Of a stretch of DNA of 64,000 bases, positions 1 to 12,490 are shown piece by piece (within the stretch, counting starts at the first letter, position 1; every line of letters starts with the position of its first letter). Source of the stretch: Oikopleura dioica (lineage: Eukaryota; Animalia; Chordata); NCBI GenBank assembly GCA_907165135.1, contig OU015566.1, forward strand, positions 2,976,001 to 3,040,000. Reading direction: 5' to 3'. Made by a program: the position numbers and the translations under genes. The notes beneath the pieces are model-generated. The model was not told where the DNA came from and made no database searches. It saw only the letters and a list, made by a program, of their open reading frames with translations.

Positions 1-114
1 GAATTTTATTGAAATCAGACATAAGAAGCAGGCGTTTTTTCAAAGCTGGAAACAAGCTTGTATTTTATATTTTTCGCTAAAAGTTCTGCTCAGAATTTTT
101 TTCAGTAAATCATT

Positions 115-524
115 GATAATTTCAAAAAAAAAATTTGCGGGTCCGGAAATCATAAAAAATCTGAAAGTGCAGTTTTCTTCAGCTCGTTGAGACGAGTCGA
201 ATGATGGGTCAAACTTTTGATGACTCCAATGATTAACCGGTTAGCCGGCAATTTCCCGGAAAATACATTTCCGGTCGCCGTTTTTGTTCTAGAAATGCTA
301 GAATGACAAAAAAAGCGGGAAACTGGTCCTTGAAGTTAGTTTTTCTGTGGGTGAAAAAATGAGAATCATATCTCTAACCATAAGATGCTTATCACCAAAA
401 TTCTATTTTCTTATGAAAATGGGACCGAAAATTAGGAAGGTGCAGCAACAACGAAATACATACAAAACTGCACTTTCAGAATTTTTACGATTTTCAGACC
501 CGCAAAAATTTTTTTGAAATTATC
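115..524. repeat. MITE-like inverted-repeat element
   Basis: Arms ~115-180 (TGATAATTTCAAAAAAAAAATTTGCGGGTC...CTGAAAGTGCAGTTTT) and ~464-524 (AAAACTGCACTTTCAG...GACCCGCAAAAATTTTTTTGAAATTATCCA) are reverse complements; no clear TSD. Confidence 0.65.
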
Positions 525-534
525 CATTACTTAC

Positions 535-712
535 ATGAAGACGTTCTGCAATTTCTCGGGCAATACAGTATAAGAACAGTAACAAACAAACAAAACACTA
601 GCCAAAGTCTTTTTCGAGGCTCGAAAATTTTCCGACAAGTATTAAAAAGTTGATTTTTGAGCCCAAAAATGAATATACAATAAACTTGTTCCAGCATCTC
701 TGTTTTATACAT
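535..712 (-). CDS. Possible 5' exon of a type II membrane protein continuing off the window start
   Basis: ORF with hydrophobic stretch LWLVFCLFVTVLILYC followed by a GTAAGT donor at 534; no recognisable domain. Confidence 0.3.
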
Positions 713-921
713 TCTTTTTCAAAGCCTTTTTTCTCTTAAATAATTTGCGGATGTTTTTTTCTCGGACTTGCATCTTTTCCCGAGGGGTTCGATTAAGGCC
801 GAAAATGTTGATTTATAATACATAAGGACGAGGTAATCATTATCGCCCCTAATGAACGTTCAGGGAATACTGTCACTGTCTGTTGCTCTGAACCGTTTTT
901 TTTTTGCTTTTTTTATTGATT

Positions 922-3861
922 TTATTGCGAATGAAGACTTTTTCCTGCAAGAAAGACACCACAAGTAAGGGTAGAAAAAATAAGTTTATTAATTAAAAAA
1001 AATATTTTTGCCGTCATAAAAAAATATAAAAAATCATTCAAAAATCATTACCTGATGCAGCAGGATCGAGAGAAGCAATTTGAAAGACCTCTTCTTGCTC
1101 ATCCGGAGAATTGATTGAAGCCAGGGTTCCTCCTTCTCCTTCGCAAACGCCAAGAGCAGTTTTCCACGGCTTCTCATCTCGCATCAGCAGGACGCATTTT
1201 TGGGAGCTCGGGATGAAGTGCCAGCCGTAGTCGCATTCTTCGTGAGGACTTGCAGTTGGAATCGTGCTTGGGTCCTGAATACCGATCATGAAAACGACGA
1301 AGACAGCGCTTCAGCCAATCAAAAGACAGTATGTCTAAGACAAGCCAATCAGAGGCCTCGCTTCATACCTTTGTCGTTGAAACAGTAACAGCTGGTCTCA
1401 TACAAATCGGATACTTTTTCAACCCTTGATTATCCTCCCCACAGGGGCAGTTTTTCCACAGACCATCATCGAGACCATCTCCTTTGATTTGCGCACAGAG
1501 CTTGTTCTGATCGGCCTGTGGATTTCCATCCCGCCAATTTGTAAAAGTAATTTGCTCTCCATCGTCCCAAAATTGCGGCTCATTCGGAGGGTATTGGTTC
1601 GTGTGTCCGCCAGAAGGTCCGAAAGTTATCCCCAGCCAGGAGTTGCCCATGATTCGTTTCATGACGAAAGCGTTTTCGTCTTCAGTCTGGATTTGAAGCA
1701 ATTTCGCGCCGAAGGATTCACAGTGAGCTACTGCGTCGTCTTTGAATGTCTACGAAATTGGCTCTAGAATTAACTTTAAGGGGGAGGTCGTCAATATCGG
1801 GGTTGCTCTTGACCAAAAAAGCGGGAAAACCTGATTGGATAGAAAAAAATCAAATTGTTAGGGGGAAAGAAAGGGTTGTAAAAACGTGACCGGCGCAATC
1901 GAGAAAAAATATTGGCCAGAAAAAATCGGTCAAAAATGCCGCCAAAGTAAGGCGATTTCGCGAAAATTCACCAAAAATGGTTATTTTTTTCACAAATTCC
2001 TCGATTTAACCCCCTAAAACTTATTTTTATTAAATAATTTTAGGCTCAACAGACTCGTTAGGACCTGTAGATTCCAAAAATATATGATTCATATGGGCAC
2101 TATATGTATAAGTGGGATTTTGATCAGCCCTGAAAATCCATATTGACGACCCCCCTCTTAAAACATCAATTTTTCACTTGATTATAATTTTTGTAAAATA
2201 TCTAGATTTAAAATTCTAGAGCCCTTTCAAAAGACTCGTTCCATTATAGAAGTTCGAAAAGCTGTAGCACATTCCATTATCCTCGTTCAAATAAAAATTC
2301 AACGTCCAGCTCGCATCATTATAGCAAGTCAAATTGGAAGTCGGTTTTTCCGTCGGACGCAGATTGAAGGGCGCTGGCATTGAGCAAGCAAAAGCTTCCC
2401 TAGAAGTGCAGCCTTCTGAGATCCAGTTTTGCTTCGATTTTTCGAGATTCATGTAGGCACAGGAATGCGATTGTTCCAGACATTTGGGCTGCTCTGCCTC
2501 CCAGGAAGTGTAGCCAGGTGATTGGCCGGAAGAAGAGTAGCGCATGTCGCACTGAGCGCCATTCAACGGCACCGACTGGTGCATATTCGACAGATCTAGC
2601 CACATTCTAGTGACGCCTGCATCTAACCACTCGTGGAAATAATTTCCAAGAGCTTCTTGCTCTTGAATGCTTTGGATTCTCAACTGCTCCGCTCCGACGC
2701 TTTCGCAGTATTTCTTCGCCTCGAGCCAGGGTTGATGGTATTGTCCGTTTAGGAAGAATTTGTAGCACTTGCTGCTGTTATCGTTGATTCTGATGAGCGA
2801 CCATCCATCGGGGCAAGTTCCGCCAAGGGGTTTTTGACAAACGCCGGAGAGTTGTTCTCTCGAAATGACTGCTTCCCACTCTCCAGAACCAGGATTGCCG
2901 AAAGCAGCAGCAATCGCGCTTGGATACATGTCGAGTGCCGCATCGGGCTCGCCATAGGCCCAATTTCGGAAGCCGAAATCTGGTGCCCCGGAAACCCATT
3001 CGAATCTGTCTGGCTGGTTTTTCGGCGCGTTCAGATTGTTTAACCCGATCCAGGCGCCGTAGTACTTGTTTTGAACTGCTTGGTCCCATTTCTTGATTTC
3101 ATCCTGAATCAGGTCGACGATGAAGTCGTTCTCCTCCATGTTTTCAATCGTCACTAGCTGACCACCCATGTCCTGGCACTTTGAATTGGTCAAATCGAAA
3201 TTTCTATTGGTCGACGAAGGAATGACTTTGACACATGAAGGATCAGATCGACCAACATCCATCTTGTACCAGCCTTCTTCGTTGCGACAGTCAGGGACGC
3301 AGCCCATTTTCTGGACTTTGCAGATAAAGCTAAATCGCTTCGTACATTCGTTCTTGACCCATTTGCCTTCGGTCCCGTAATCTTGGGGGAGATTTTCGGT
3401 GAATAGCGCGAAGGTACATCGCTTGGATGGATCGGAGTTTGTTTCTTGCTGAGGGCCCCAGTATTTGAAGTTGTACGGCTTTTCGATCGACATTGAATTG
3501 ACCCAAACGTTTTGATTGACGTTTTCGAGGTTGTTGAGGCCGATCCAGTAGCCGCGGTAGCCGCGCTCTTGCCAATTTAGCTGGTTGTAGATGAAAAGCA
3601 TCTCTTGCTCCGACTGAAAATAAAGGTTAAAGTAGCCGAAAATGAGTTTGTTACCTGAAAATCAACGAGATCTCCTCCTTGCGAATTGCAATAAGATTCC
3701 GCCTCATTCCAGCTTTTTTCTCCGACTCCATCTTTGCCGCTCTCAAAAACTTTGTAGTGAAAGTCGCCAAAAGTACTCCACGAGTTCGGACAAGCCACTC
3801 CGGCTTCGGCAACTTCTAGCTTTGAAAAAAGAATATTTATAACTATCAATTTTATCATCAT
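922..3861 (-). CDS. Secreted multi-domain C-type lectin (mannose-receptor-like, 4 complete CTLDs plus a partial fifth)
   Basis: Signal peptide; repeated CTLD motifs (CPxGW, CYKFF, WIGLN/WLGI, FxNWxxGEP, C..C). A 41-bp intron 3614-3654 restores the frame. The 3' end is uncertain. Confidence 0.85.
1780..2157. mobile_element. TTAA-flanked MITE (Kolobok/T2-like) in a lectin intron
   Basis: TIR GGGGGAGGTCGTCAATAT / ATATTGACGACCCCCCTC (16/18); TTAA at 1776-1779 and 2158-2161. Confidence 0.85.
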
Positions 3862-4383
3862 TTTTTGATCTTGAAAATTGACCGTCTGAGGTGTTGGCAA
3901 TAAGTTTCGAAGACAGAAGTTTTGAAAGAAGGTGCGAAATTGGCGAGTTAGCGAGAAAATGGAACGATTATGATTTTGCAATTGCGTCAATGGAGAAATG
4001 CCAAAGAAGAATTTACCATATCATTTTTCTTATAAAAATTGTTTCGAACGAAAAAAAAAATGATTTAGGAAGAAACTACCTTATTCATAAAAATCTAAAA
4101 AAATTTCTTGATGACCAATTTATTACTAGAACTGTTTTGAAAACGATGATTCACCCAGTTCAAATAAAAAATTACGCTTCTTTCCAAAATAGCAAATTTT
4201 CTTAAAAATTCGCCTCCCATTGATTTTCTCATTTTTCACCAGCTGATCTTTTGTCTGGCCGCCAGCGAGACAAGCTTCTGGCTCTTTTCCAAGGGGCGAC
4301 GTATCTCAAGCCTTTCAAGAGATTCAAGCCAAGAAAACGCGATTTCTAGAGTTGTTGTTGAGACTTCTTTTGATGCACGAAAA

Positions 4384-5484
4384 ATGGACAGTTTTCAATG
4401 GAGAATGGAAATTTCGTTCGAAGAGATAACTAATTTCACAAAATTTTTGGAAAATGAAAAGATCGTCAAGTTTTTGGAAGCAGATTCATGTCATCGATAT
4501 TCGGATAAATATCTTCTCGGTATTTTCAAGAATTTTATTTTTCATAAAAAAAATTCTAGCGACGACGCTGATTTATGCAAGCAGAACGAAAAGAAATCCG
4601 CTTACCATTGACGATTTTTATTGCTTACTGTATCTGGCGAATGATATGGAAGAGGACATAGAATTCAAGGTAAAAATTGAAAATTTTAAAAAAAGACACA
4701 AACGAAGAATTCGAATTTCTATTTATTTTTGTTATGTAACAGCTAAAAAACTTCACAAGCTTTTCGAGAAAATCATAAATATTATATTTAATAACTTTAT
4801 ATACCATCATAAAATACCCTTGTGTTCACAATCTGCATAGATGGCCAATTGACTCATTTTATTTCACATGGTTGAAGTTAATTCACATCTTCTTCTATTT
4901 CTTAAAAAATAGATCCATTTCAGAAAATATTTCTCTTTTTTTTAAATATGGGTTTCTCATTTCAGTACCAATAAAGAGAAAAAACCGTTCTACATGCTTA
5001 ACCATGCATTTCATCTTCAAAATCGAACCAAGCCAAATTAACGGTTCATTGAATTAACAAAACAAAAATTCAAAAAATTCAGAACGAAATTCTCCCGTGG
5101 TGCCTTGGAAGCGACTGGGAAAAACGCTGGCGCGAGTTCAACCTTCGAAAGGAACATCTCTGGAAGAAGATGGGCTACCGCGCTCTCGTGCCGCTAGAAC
5201 TTCTCGAAGAAATCATCTTCTACGGCGAGTTTTGTCAACAAAGCTGGGTCTGGAAACGAGTCAGGCACAACGATCACGGTGGTGCTATCAGGTTTGTCTT
5301 TCTAAGTCGACTGGTAGAGAAAAAAGATTCTAGAGATCATCATCGACCAAAATGCGAAAACATCATCAGCCCTCGTGGCCCAAGAAGAAGCCCGATGGGC
5401 TGTCATTATCCAAAACATTCCTCAGAGCTCAAACGAACTTCAATTTCCGCTTCATCCGGCTATTTTACGGACTCTTCCGAGTAA
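4384..5484 (+). CDS. SPDYA: Speedy/RINGO family CDK activator
   Basis: Spliced motifs FLEADSCHRYSDKYLLA, LYLANDMEED, EILPWCLG, LWKKMGYRALV, WVWKRVRHNDHGGA and PRGP match the Speedy box. Confidence 0.85.
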
Positions 5485-6844
5485 GTCTTTCTTCCTTGAT
5501 TTCATCTTATTCTGGTATTCAGCGAAAAAGGAGGAAAAGGCGGAATTTTCGGCGATATTTCCATTCTTTCCGAAGACTACAACGAAGAAAAACTTTGATT
5601 GCTGTTCTTAGCTCAAACTGCCATTTATCTTTTGTATTATTCAGAATAAAATTTTGTAAAAAAACAAATCAAAAAGATATTTACGCAAGCTCTATCTCAA
5701 AATCATCGTAAAAAAATCGTTTTCGAACAGGAAGGAAAAGTCAAATTTGTTTGATGAATAAGAAAGGACGCTTAATCATTGACATACATTTCTGTGCCGG
5801 GTTTTTTGTCAAGTTTAAAAGCTCCAAAATGGATAAAAATATTGTCGAGAGCGACAGAGAAACTCTACTTTTTACAAGAGGAAAACTAAAAACCAATAAT
5901 AGTATCGCCGAAAATATCCTTATTTACCAGAATCATTTTCATATTCGCGAAGGAGCAGAGACACCAGCGCGCAAGAGTAAATCTCACAATAAGATACTAA
6001 AAAAGCTTTATTTCGCTTTGAAATTTATTGGAGCTGTTCTCGGAATCGCGAGTTTGAGTTTTTCTATTTATATGGCCATCATCAAGATCTCGGTACCGAA
6101 ATCCGAAGCTTCAGTCATAACATTCTCGCCGAGTTTGTATAACATAACAACTCCTTCTCCGAAAAATTTTTCTCTGAAAAACCCAATAACGACAACATCT
6201 ACAACAACAATATCTCCTGTCATCACAGAGAGCTACATTCCAAAACCGGTGATTAAAATAATTCAGCGTTAATAGTAACTCAATTTTCAGGACGATTTTA
6301 CCATTCTCCTTTATCGCCATAGATTCATTTTTTTCGGTGATAAGAAAATAAAAAAGACATCGGCGACTCAAGCTCATATTTTTCCTCCTTACGCTGTAAT
6401 AAAAGATCAGCTTTTCCTATTCGGAAATGATCAGGTACTCGAAAAACATGACTGGGAATATCGGAGGTTTATTGTTAAAAGATTGCAATGCTCGATGGAT
6501 GCTCAGTTAAAAAAATGAAAATCAAAACATTGAATTCTTATAATTCTGGTTCTGCTGCTCTCTCGATTGAGGGAAATTCAAAAGGTTCGCATTTCATAGA
6601 GCAAATACTAATTTTTTTTCAAGCACTTATTTGTTTCGACTCTTATTATGGAAATAAATGTGAGATTTTCGATTCAACATCAACCAAAAGAACACACGCT
6701 TCAAAGTTTAAACATCTGTGGGGCATGCTCGGATTTTATAAAGGAAAACCAATAACTGTCGGCTCAACATCTTTTTCAAGCTATTGCAAGGTAGAAAGTT
6801 TCTCGGAGAGCGGATGGTTTTCGGTAGGTTCTCATCCGAGAGAT

Positions 6845-8051
6845 CAGTGTTTGAAAAAAGAATGTGCGCGGGCTGCGAGCGGGCGAGCGGGGCGCGGGCG
6901 GGCGCGCTCGTCCATCCGACCACCTAAAATTTTGACAAATTTTGCCCCCGCCCATCCGCCCATCAAAAAATCAGGCCTTATACTGCTCGCACGCGCACGT
7001 ACCGCTCATGCGCCCCCGCTCGCCCGCCCTCCCCTCCCATGCTCGCCCCTTGCCCGTGAGTGCATGTGATCGGACCGGGTATTGTCAAGTAAAACGGACT
7101 CATTTTACACAGAACAAGGCCTTATTTTACATAAGATTGGGACTTATTTAACACAGAAAAATAGAAAATCGTTGATGACCTGTGTAAAATAAGCCCGTAT
7201 TCTATGTAAAATAGGTCCATTTTCTGTGTAGATTACGTCCGTTCTCTTAGTTGGTCGATGGGTTGGGGTTTTTGGTCCAGAGTTGGAAACGTAGTAACAT
7301 GTTGCGACTACATAGCTCCTCAACTGTGGAGCGGTTTTTAGTATCTTATAGTCGAGATATTTTAATTATCTCTTTTGCATCATGTAGGGTAGGGTCCATA
7401 GTGTGTTAAATAAGCTTTTGGTGTCTTCATCTTAATCGGTGGTTGAGCAATTACGTCATCATTCATCGATCCTGCCTCTTTTATCGACGGCACCAAAAAA
7501 TTTAAAAAGTTGTAAAAAGCAATAGAGATTTGATCTAATCGACCAGGGGCCTTCCTCACATCAGTAAAAATAATTCCTAGGGTTTTTTGGTGTCAACACC
7601 AATGTTGGTGGTGGAGAAATGACGTCATCATCAATTTTTCCTATGATTTTAGTGTATTTTTGACTATCTGATTACTCCACCACCAGTGATGGTGCTTACA
7701 CCAAATCCATATTTAACACACTACAGACCTTCTAAAGCAAGAAACAAAAGAGAGAATCGAAAAATCTCAACTCTAAGGTATTGAAAATCGCCCCACAGTT
7801 GAGGAGCTGTCTTAAAAAAAACTTGTTTTTGGTCGGTTTTTGTTTTTACGTTTCTTTCGGTTGGTTTTTTTTGAGTAGAATTTAGCGCCCCGGGAGGGTG
7901 AGCGGGCGGGCGCGGGAGGGTGCCCGCGCACATCCGCCCATCCGAAAATCTGGCCTTTACATGCCCGCTCCCATCCGCCCTTCCAAAAAATCGTACCCTT
8001 CGCGCCCGCGCTCGTCCGACCATTCGATTCTAAGGCTTTTTTCAAACACTG
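6845..8051. mobile_element. Non-autonomous hAT-like DNA transposon (1207 bp)
   Basis: Perfect 16-bp TIR CAGTGTTTGAAAAAAG (6845-6860 / 8036-8051); 8-bp TSD CGAGAGAT (6837-6844 / 8052-8059); GC-rich subterminal repeats. Confidence 0.92.
7314..7808. mobile_element. Foldback/MITE nested inside the hAT-like element
   Basis: Ends AGCTCCTCAACTGTGG / CCACAGTTGAGGAGCT, with ~90-bp imperfect inverted arms including GTGTGTTAAATA / TATTTAACACAC. Confidence 0.65.
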
Positions 8052-8929
8052 CGAGAGATACAAGAGAGCACACATTAATTGGGCTTGAAACTGAGCAATG
8101 ATCTTAGCCGGTGGGAAATATTATCGAAGAGAGTCTAAAGATGTTTGGATTCTCAAAAATAACGACTGGTCAATTATTGGTCATTTGAAATCGGTAAGAA
8201 TAATTATTCAAAAACTTTCCTCAACTGAGTCTAAAGAGACTTCATACAGCTTCTTCTATTCAAATCCAACAGTTTGTCTTTATCGTCGACAATGCTCTGA
8301 GTCAGATGGAAGTAGCAAGATTAAAAATTGAAGATGATAAGATTGTTGAATCAGAAGTTGTTGGTCATTATTCCTTTGAGACAAGATTATATGAAAGACC
8401 GCCTGTTCTTTATCAAACGAAAATGATAAACTGTATTTGAAAAAAAAAATCATGTAATACATTGAGTCAAGTTTTCGGGATGCATTTTTCTTTTAAAAAT
8501 TGGCTGTCATTAAAATTGATTTCTGGGTGCTTTGATTTATCGAGTTAGTTTGGCAAAAGTGAAACAATGGGCAATAATTCCCCTCGTCTTCCATTTTCCG
8601 TTTTTCCCTCGAGTCAAATAAAATATTTATGACGTCGGATTTTTTCACTTCGTCCTCGGACATTTCCTTGATCTCGCGACACTGATTTGAGAAGTTGACG
8701 GAATGGCGGTCGGTTTTTCCGCTGGAATTTTGAGAGGAAAACAAAGAAAAAGATTCGGAAAGAGTAAATTTATTTTAAAAGAGGTTGATTGGGCTGGAGC
8801 AAGGACTTATTTCGATGGTCTCAAGGACAGGAATAAATGCAAAATTAAGGGCGTAGAGGCCTAATACGGTTGCCTTCTTTTCACCTTATTTTCTCCGTGA
8901 ATCTCAAAATGATCCCTACGAAAGTTCAC

Positions 8930-9143
8930 CAGATGCACTTCCTATCTCCTTCTCAACGCCTTCCTCTTCATCCTCGCCGGAACCGTCGTTCTGGCCTTCA
9001 TCCCAGACGCAAAACGACGCGATAGAGTGGTCATTTCTGGCTCCCTCATCGGATCTGGCTTCTTCCTCGTGATCACTGTTTTTTCTTACCTTTTAGACCT
9101 GCGAGATAGAAAAGAGAAACAAATAAACATCGATACTATTTGA
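8930..9143 (+). CDS. Possible small two-TM protein
   Basis: Open frame reading YLLLNAFLFILAGTVVLAFIP...VVISGSLIGSGFFLVITVFSYLL; no in-frame ATG as assembled. Confidence 0.3.
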
Positions 9144-9718
9144 GTCCATTTCATGATGAAAATCTTTATTTACAGAAGAATAATTAAAGGCAGTAACAAA
9201 TTACTAATAGTCCTCGGATTTTCGGATTCGGACATTTGCCTTTTGGTAAATATTGTCCAACGATGAGCTTAAATTAAATTTTTATAAAGCTCTTTTATTT
9301 TTCAATTTGTAAAAAATTGATGTTACCTGTGAAAAACTTGAATGGCAGTTTCATTTCTCTCGATTTTCTTCATCTTCTGACCTCTTTTCGGCTTCCCGAT
9401 CTTTTCACTCTTCGAACGAAAATCATAAAAATTTAAAAAAATCAAAAGAACGAATGTCTTCAAAATCGAGAAATAAATCATTCTTCTCGCTGCTTTTCGT
9501 AAAAATTTGATATTGTTCGCAACATAACTGTATATCAGAGACTTCATTATTTTGTTATTTTTAGGCAACGTTATTTTTTCGACATTCTAGCGTCTTATTT
9601 TGGGAAAAAGGAGAAGGGATGGGCTTTGGTAAAGGGAGTATTGTTGCCCCGCGGGCCGAATACTGAATTTTGTTTTTTTTTAATTTCTCAGACTTTTCTT
9701 CAGACTCATTTTTATTAA

Positions 9719-10371
9719 GGGTACTACCTTCGATTTCCAAAAGGTATCTTATAGAACTCAATGTAGAAAACGGTAACTAGAAATGGATTCTTCGTTAAAA
9801 TTTATGGTCATATATTGAAATTCTCGATCCTTCTTCAGATATTGCCTCAAGAATTTTTTCGAAAAAAATTTTGATCTTCGATTTTCTTGATCAAGGGCTT
9901 ATTTCAAAGCTTAGAGCAAGAGGATAATTTTGGCAGCTATATCGATCGTTGAATTTAGATATTTCAGATTCTAGAGCGAAAAATAAGGCCGCAACTTTTA
10001 AAAAATGCTAAATTTTAGCAAAATCGTTGAGACACAATTTTCAAAAAATTAATTTCAGTATTTTAAGTCTTTCAATGAAAAAATCCTTCTGACATTTTGA
10101 AGATCAATGTTTAAAGAATAAATAAAAAATAAAATGAGATAAAGTTATCAGGGTTGTTTTTGAGTTATTCAAGCCTAAATATAGGCCATTTCGGCAAAGA
10201 CGTTGACTTCAAGCCAAAATTTAGCCGGTTTTTCCTTGAGCAATGGAGAAACCCCTCTGTAAAAGTAAGGATCTAGGATAGATCTAATTAATAAGCGCAT
10301 ATGGAGTTCGCCATCATATATAATTCCTGAGTTATTCAAGGCTCAACTTGGGGAAATCGAAGGTAGTACCC
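9719..10371. mobile_element. TTAA-flanked MITE (Kolobok/T2-like), 653 bp
   Basis: Perfect 20-bp TIR GGGTACTACCTTCGATTTCC; TTAA at 9715-9718 and 10372-10375. Confidence 0.9.
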
Positions 10372-11433
10372 TTAAGCAAAAATATTATATTTTTGCTCAA
10401 GAAAAAATATTCGTTCTGGTTGAACTTAATCAGATATCATTTCGATTTCCGTCAAAGGACCATCTTCATCGATCTGCGAATAAACTCTTTTACTTCATTT
10501 ATCAACTTGATGTCATTTACAACAAACATATCATTTCAATCATTTCGGTCAAAGTTGGGCCGCCAAAATTTATTTCCGGGCTTTGAAGCAGCTGATTCTT
10601 ATTTCTCGAGATGAAGCTTGATAATTATCAAAATTTCGAAGCTCTTACCGACTTCTCAGTCTCACTCAGGAGAATTCCTCCTGGGCTATAAATATTTTTG
10701 CTCTCTTCAATTTTCAAGCCAGTCAAAAATTCTTCGGAGTTTTCTTTAAAGGTGTCCTAAGACTTCATTTTTAGTAGAGTCGAGATCAGAAAAAAAATTC
10801 AGTCTAGTACATCATCTAGCGACTGAAAAAAGAGAGATGAAAGTTAATTAAGGGCTCAAATCAGCTGATGCCAAATATTTACCGAAATTCAATTCAGCTA
10901 ATTTTGGTAAATTTATGGTCGTCATTTGATTGATCTCGCAATCGACTTCATATTTTCTTGAAAGGAAAACAATAAAGAAATATTGGTCTTTCGTCGTGTT
11001 ATTCAGCAAAAAAATGTAAAAAGAGATGTTTTTTCAGTATAATTTCGGAAGTAGAGCTGTTTACAGTAATGATTCTGTAAGATGCAAATTGAAAAAAGAG
11101 ATGGTCGAGCCTGAAATGGTGGAAACTTTGGTTCTTTGCTTTATGGAGACTTTTTGGCCAATCAGAGGACAGAAAAGCTTGGCTGCGCAAATCAGAGGCC
11201 ATCTGGTCCTGGAAGAACCAATAAGATTCGCCCATTTTAGGCCGATTTTGGCCTTGAAACGTGCGGAGATTTGTGTGTTGGAACTGATTTCTTGAGCAAA
11301 AAAATGGTCATTCTTTCGGATGGGAGTGTGATGCAACAAAATTTTCGGAATTCGAACTAGTGTGAGAGCAGGTTACAGTAGAAACAGTTTCGTGATAAAA
11401 GTCGCGGTGACTCTTTTTCTTCGTTTTCGTTTT

Positions 11434-12344
11434 CTAGTTCATCTTATTCTTCAAATCGTCAAGGGCGTCATCGCCAAAGGCAAAGGGCCAGGCTTTGATA
11501 ACGAGCAGAATGTTGAGGATGGAGGCAGCGACGATCCAGACGACGATGAAAATGCCGACGCAGAGGATTTTGAGCGAGTCGCCGCAGTCTTGGCAAGCAG
11601 CGATGAAGATACCGAGGACGGTGACGATCAGGAAGAGAGCGGTGAAGAGGAGGGAGATCAGGGCGCAAATTGTGGTAGCCTGAAAAATTGAAGATTCGAT
11701 CGAAATTTCTCATTCGAAAAGCAAGTCTGAAAACCATCCTTACTTGTCTGAACAAAGACTTACCACAAGCAATTCTTTGCAGTCGAGTTTGATGGCCAAA
11801 ACACCCATGAGGCCAACGAGGAATGCGAAGAAGGAGCTACCGTTTCCAGATGCCCTAGTTTTTGGTTTAAAATGGTCCATTGTATTTTCGCTTACATTGA
11901 TTTTCGATCACCACTTTCAGCACTTCGGTTGGTGATGCAAGAAAGAATTCCAGGGAGAACGGCGAAGGCGATCTGGATGATGCAGATCCAGAAGATAGCG
12001 CCGATGTCGCCCTTAAGATTCTTAAGTTAAGAAGATTGATGAGTTCATTTCCCGCGAGGAAGGACTTGAGGTTCGTCAGAAAGCTAGGGCAAATAAAAAA
12101 TCAGCTGAATTGGTAAACAAGTTATAAATTTATGACGCTGCAAAAGTAAAAATTCCGCTCATGAAAATAAAATAAACTCTATGATGAGTACCAACAGTGT
12201 TAAATACCTTTGCCTTGTCATTGAGGCCGACTGCGCCCATGACTCGATCAGCAAAGCCCTCAACAGTCTTGATCCATGGTGTTCCGATTTGAGCCTCTCC
12301 AGGCCACCACCAGTCTTCGCCGTAGGATGTTTGGATGTCAGAAG
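11434..12344 (-). CDS. Four-pass membrane protein, CD20/MS4A-like (copy 1)
   Basis: GT-AG spliced frame: AIFWICIIQIAFAVLPGILSC; GSSFFAFLVGLMGVLAIKLDCKELLVATTICALISLLFTALFLIVTVLGIFIAAC; ILCVGIFIVVWIVAASILNILLVIKAWPF; stop TAG at 11434. N-terminus uncertain. Confidence 0.7.
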
Positions 12345-12378
12345 CTGAATTATCGATAAAGATTCGCATATTACAATT

Positions 12379-12490
12379 GAGCTCGGCAAACTGTGTGAAA
12401 ACCTGATTCAGGGTCCCGGAAAAGCTTTGATTAATAATGCAAAGATCTTTCATGACCCTGACACAGGTCTTTCGACCGGTTGCCGAGCCC
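12379..12490. repeat. Short palindromic dispersed repeat of the CCTGASTCAGG family (also at 16039-16150)
   Basis: Arms GCTCGGCAA...CCTGATTCAGGGTC / GACCCTGACACAGG...TTGCCGAGC; shares sequence with the copies at 23.0, 25.9, 26.5 and 44.8 kb. Confidence 0.65.

Larger units (their letters stand above)
5751..8440 (+). pseudogene. Type II membrane, Thr-rich stalk, kelch-like propeller gene disrupted by a hAT-like insertion
   Basis: TM LKFIGAVLGIASLSFSIYMAII; propeller-like segments CFDSYYG..CEIFD, LGFYKGKPITVGS, VGSHPR|DTREHTLIGL, MILAGG..VWIL. The exon is split at 6845-8051, with a further -1 shift near 8090. Confidence 0.7.

Noticed and set aside
10999-11339. Overlapping short ORFs in the duplicated unit (also 10348-10614)
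   Set aside because: No motifs, no supporting splice structure, and partly within MITE sequence; probably non-coding.
11362-11691. Acidic plus-strand ORF (and its copy at 15019-15348)
   Set aside because: It is the antisense shadow of hydrophobic codons in the spliced minus-strand 4-TM gene.
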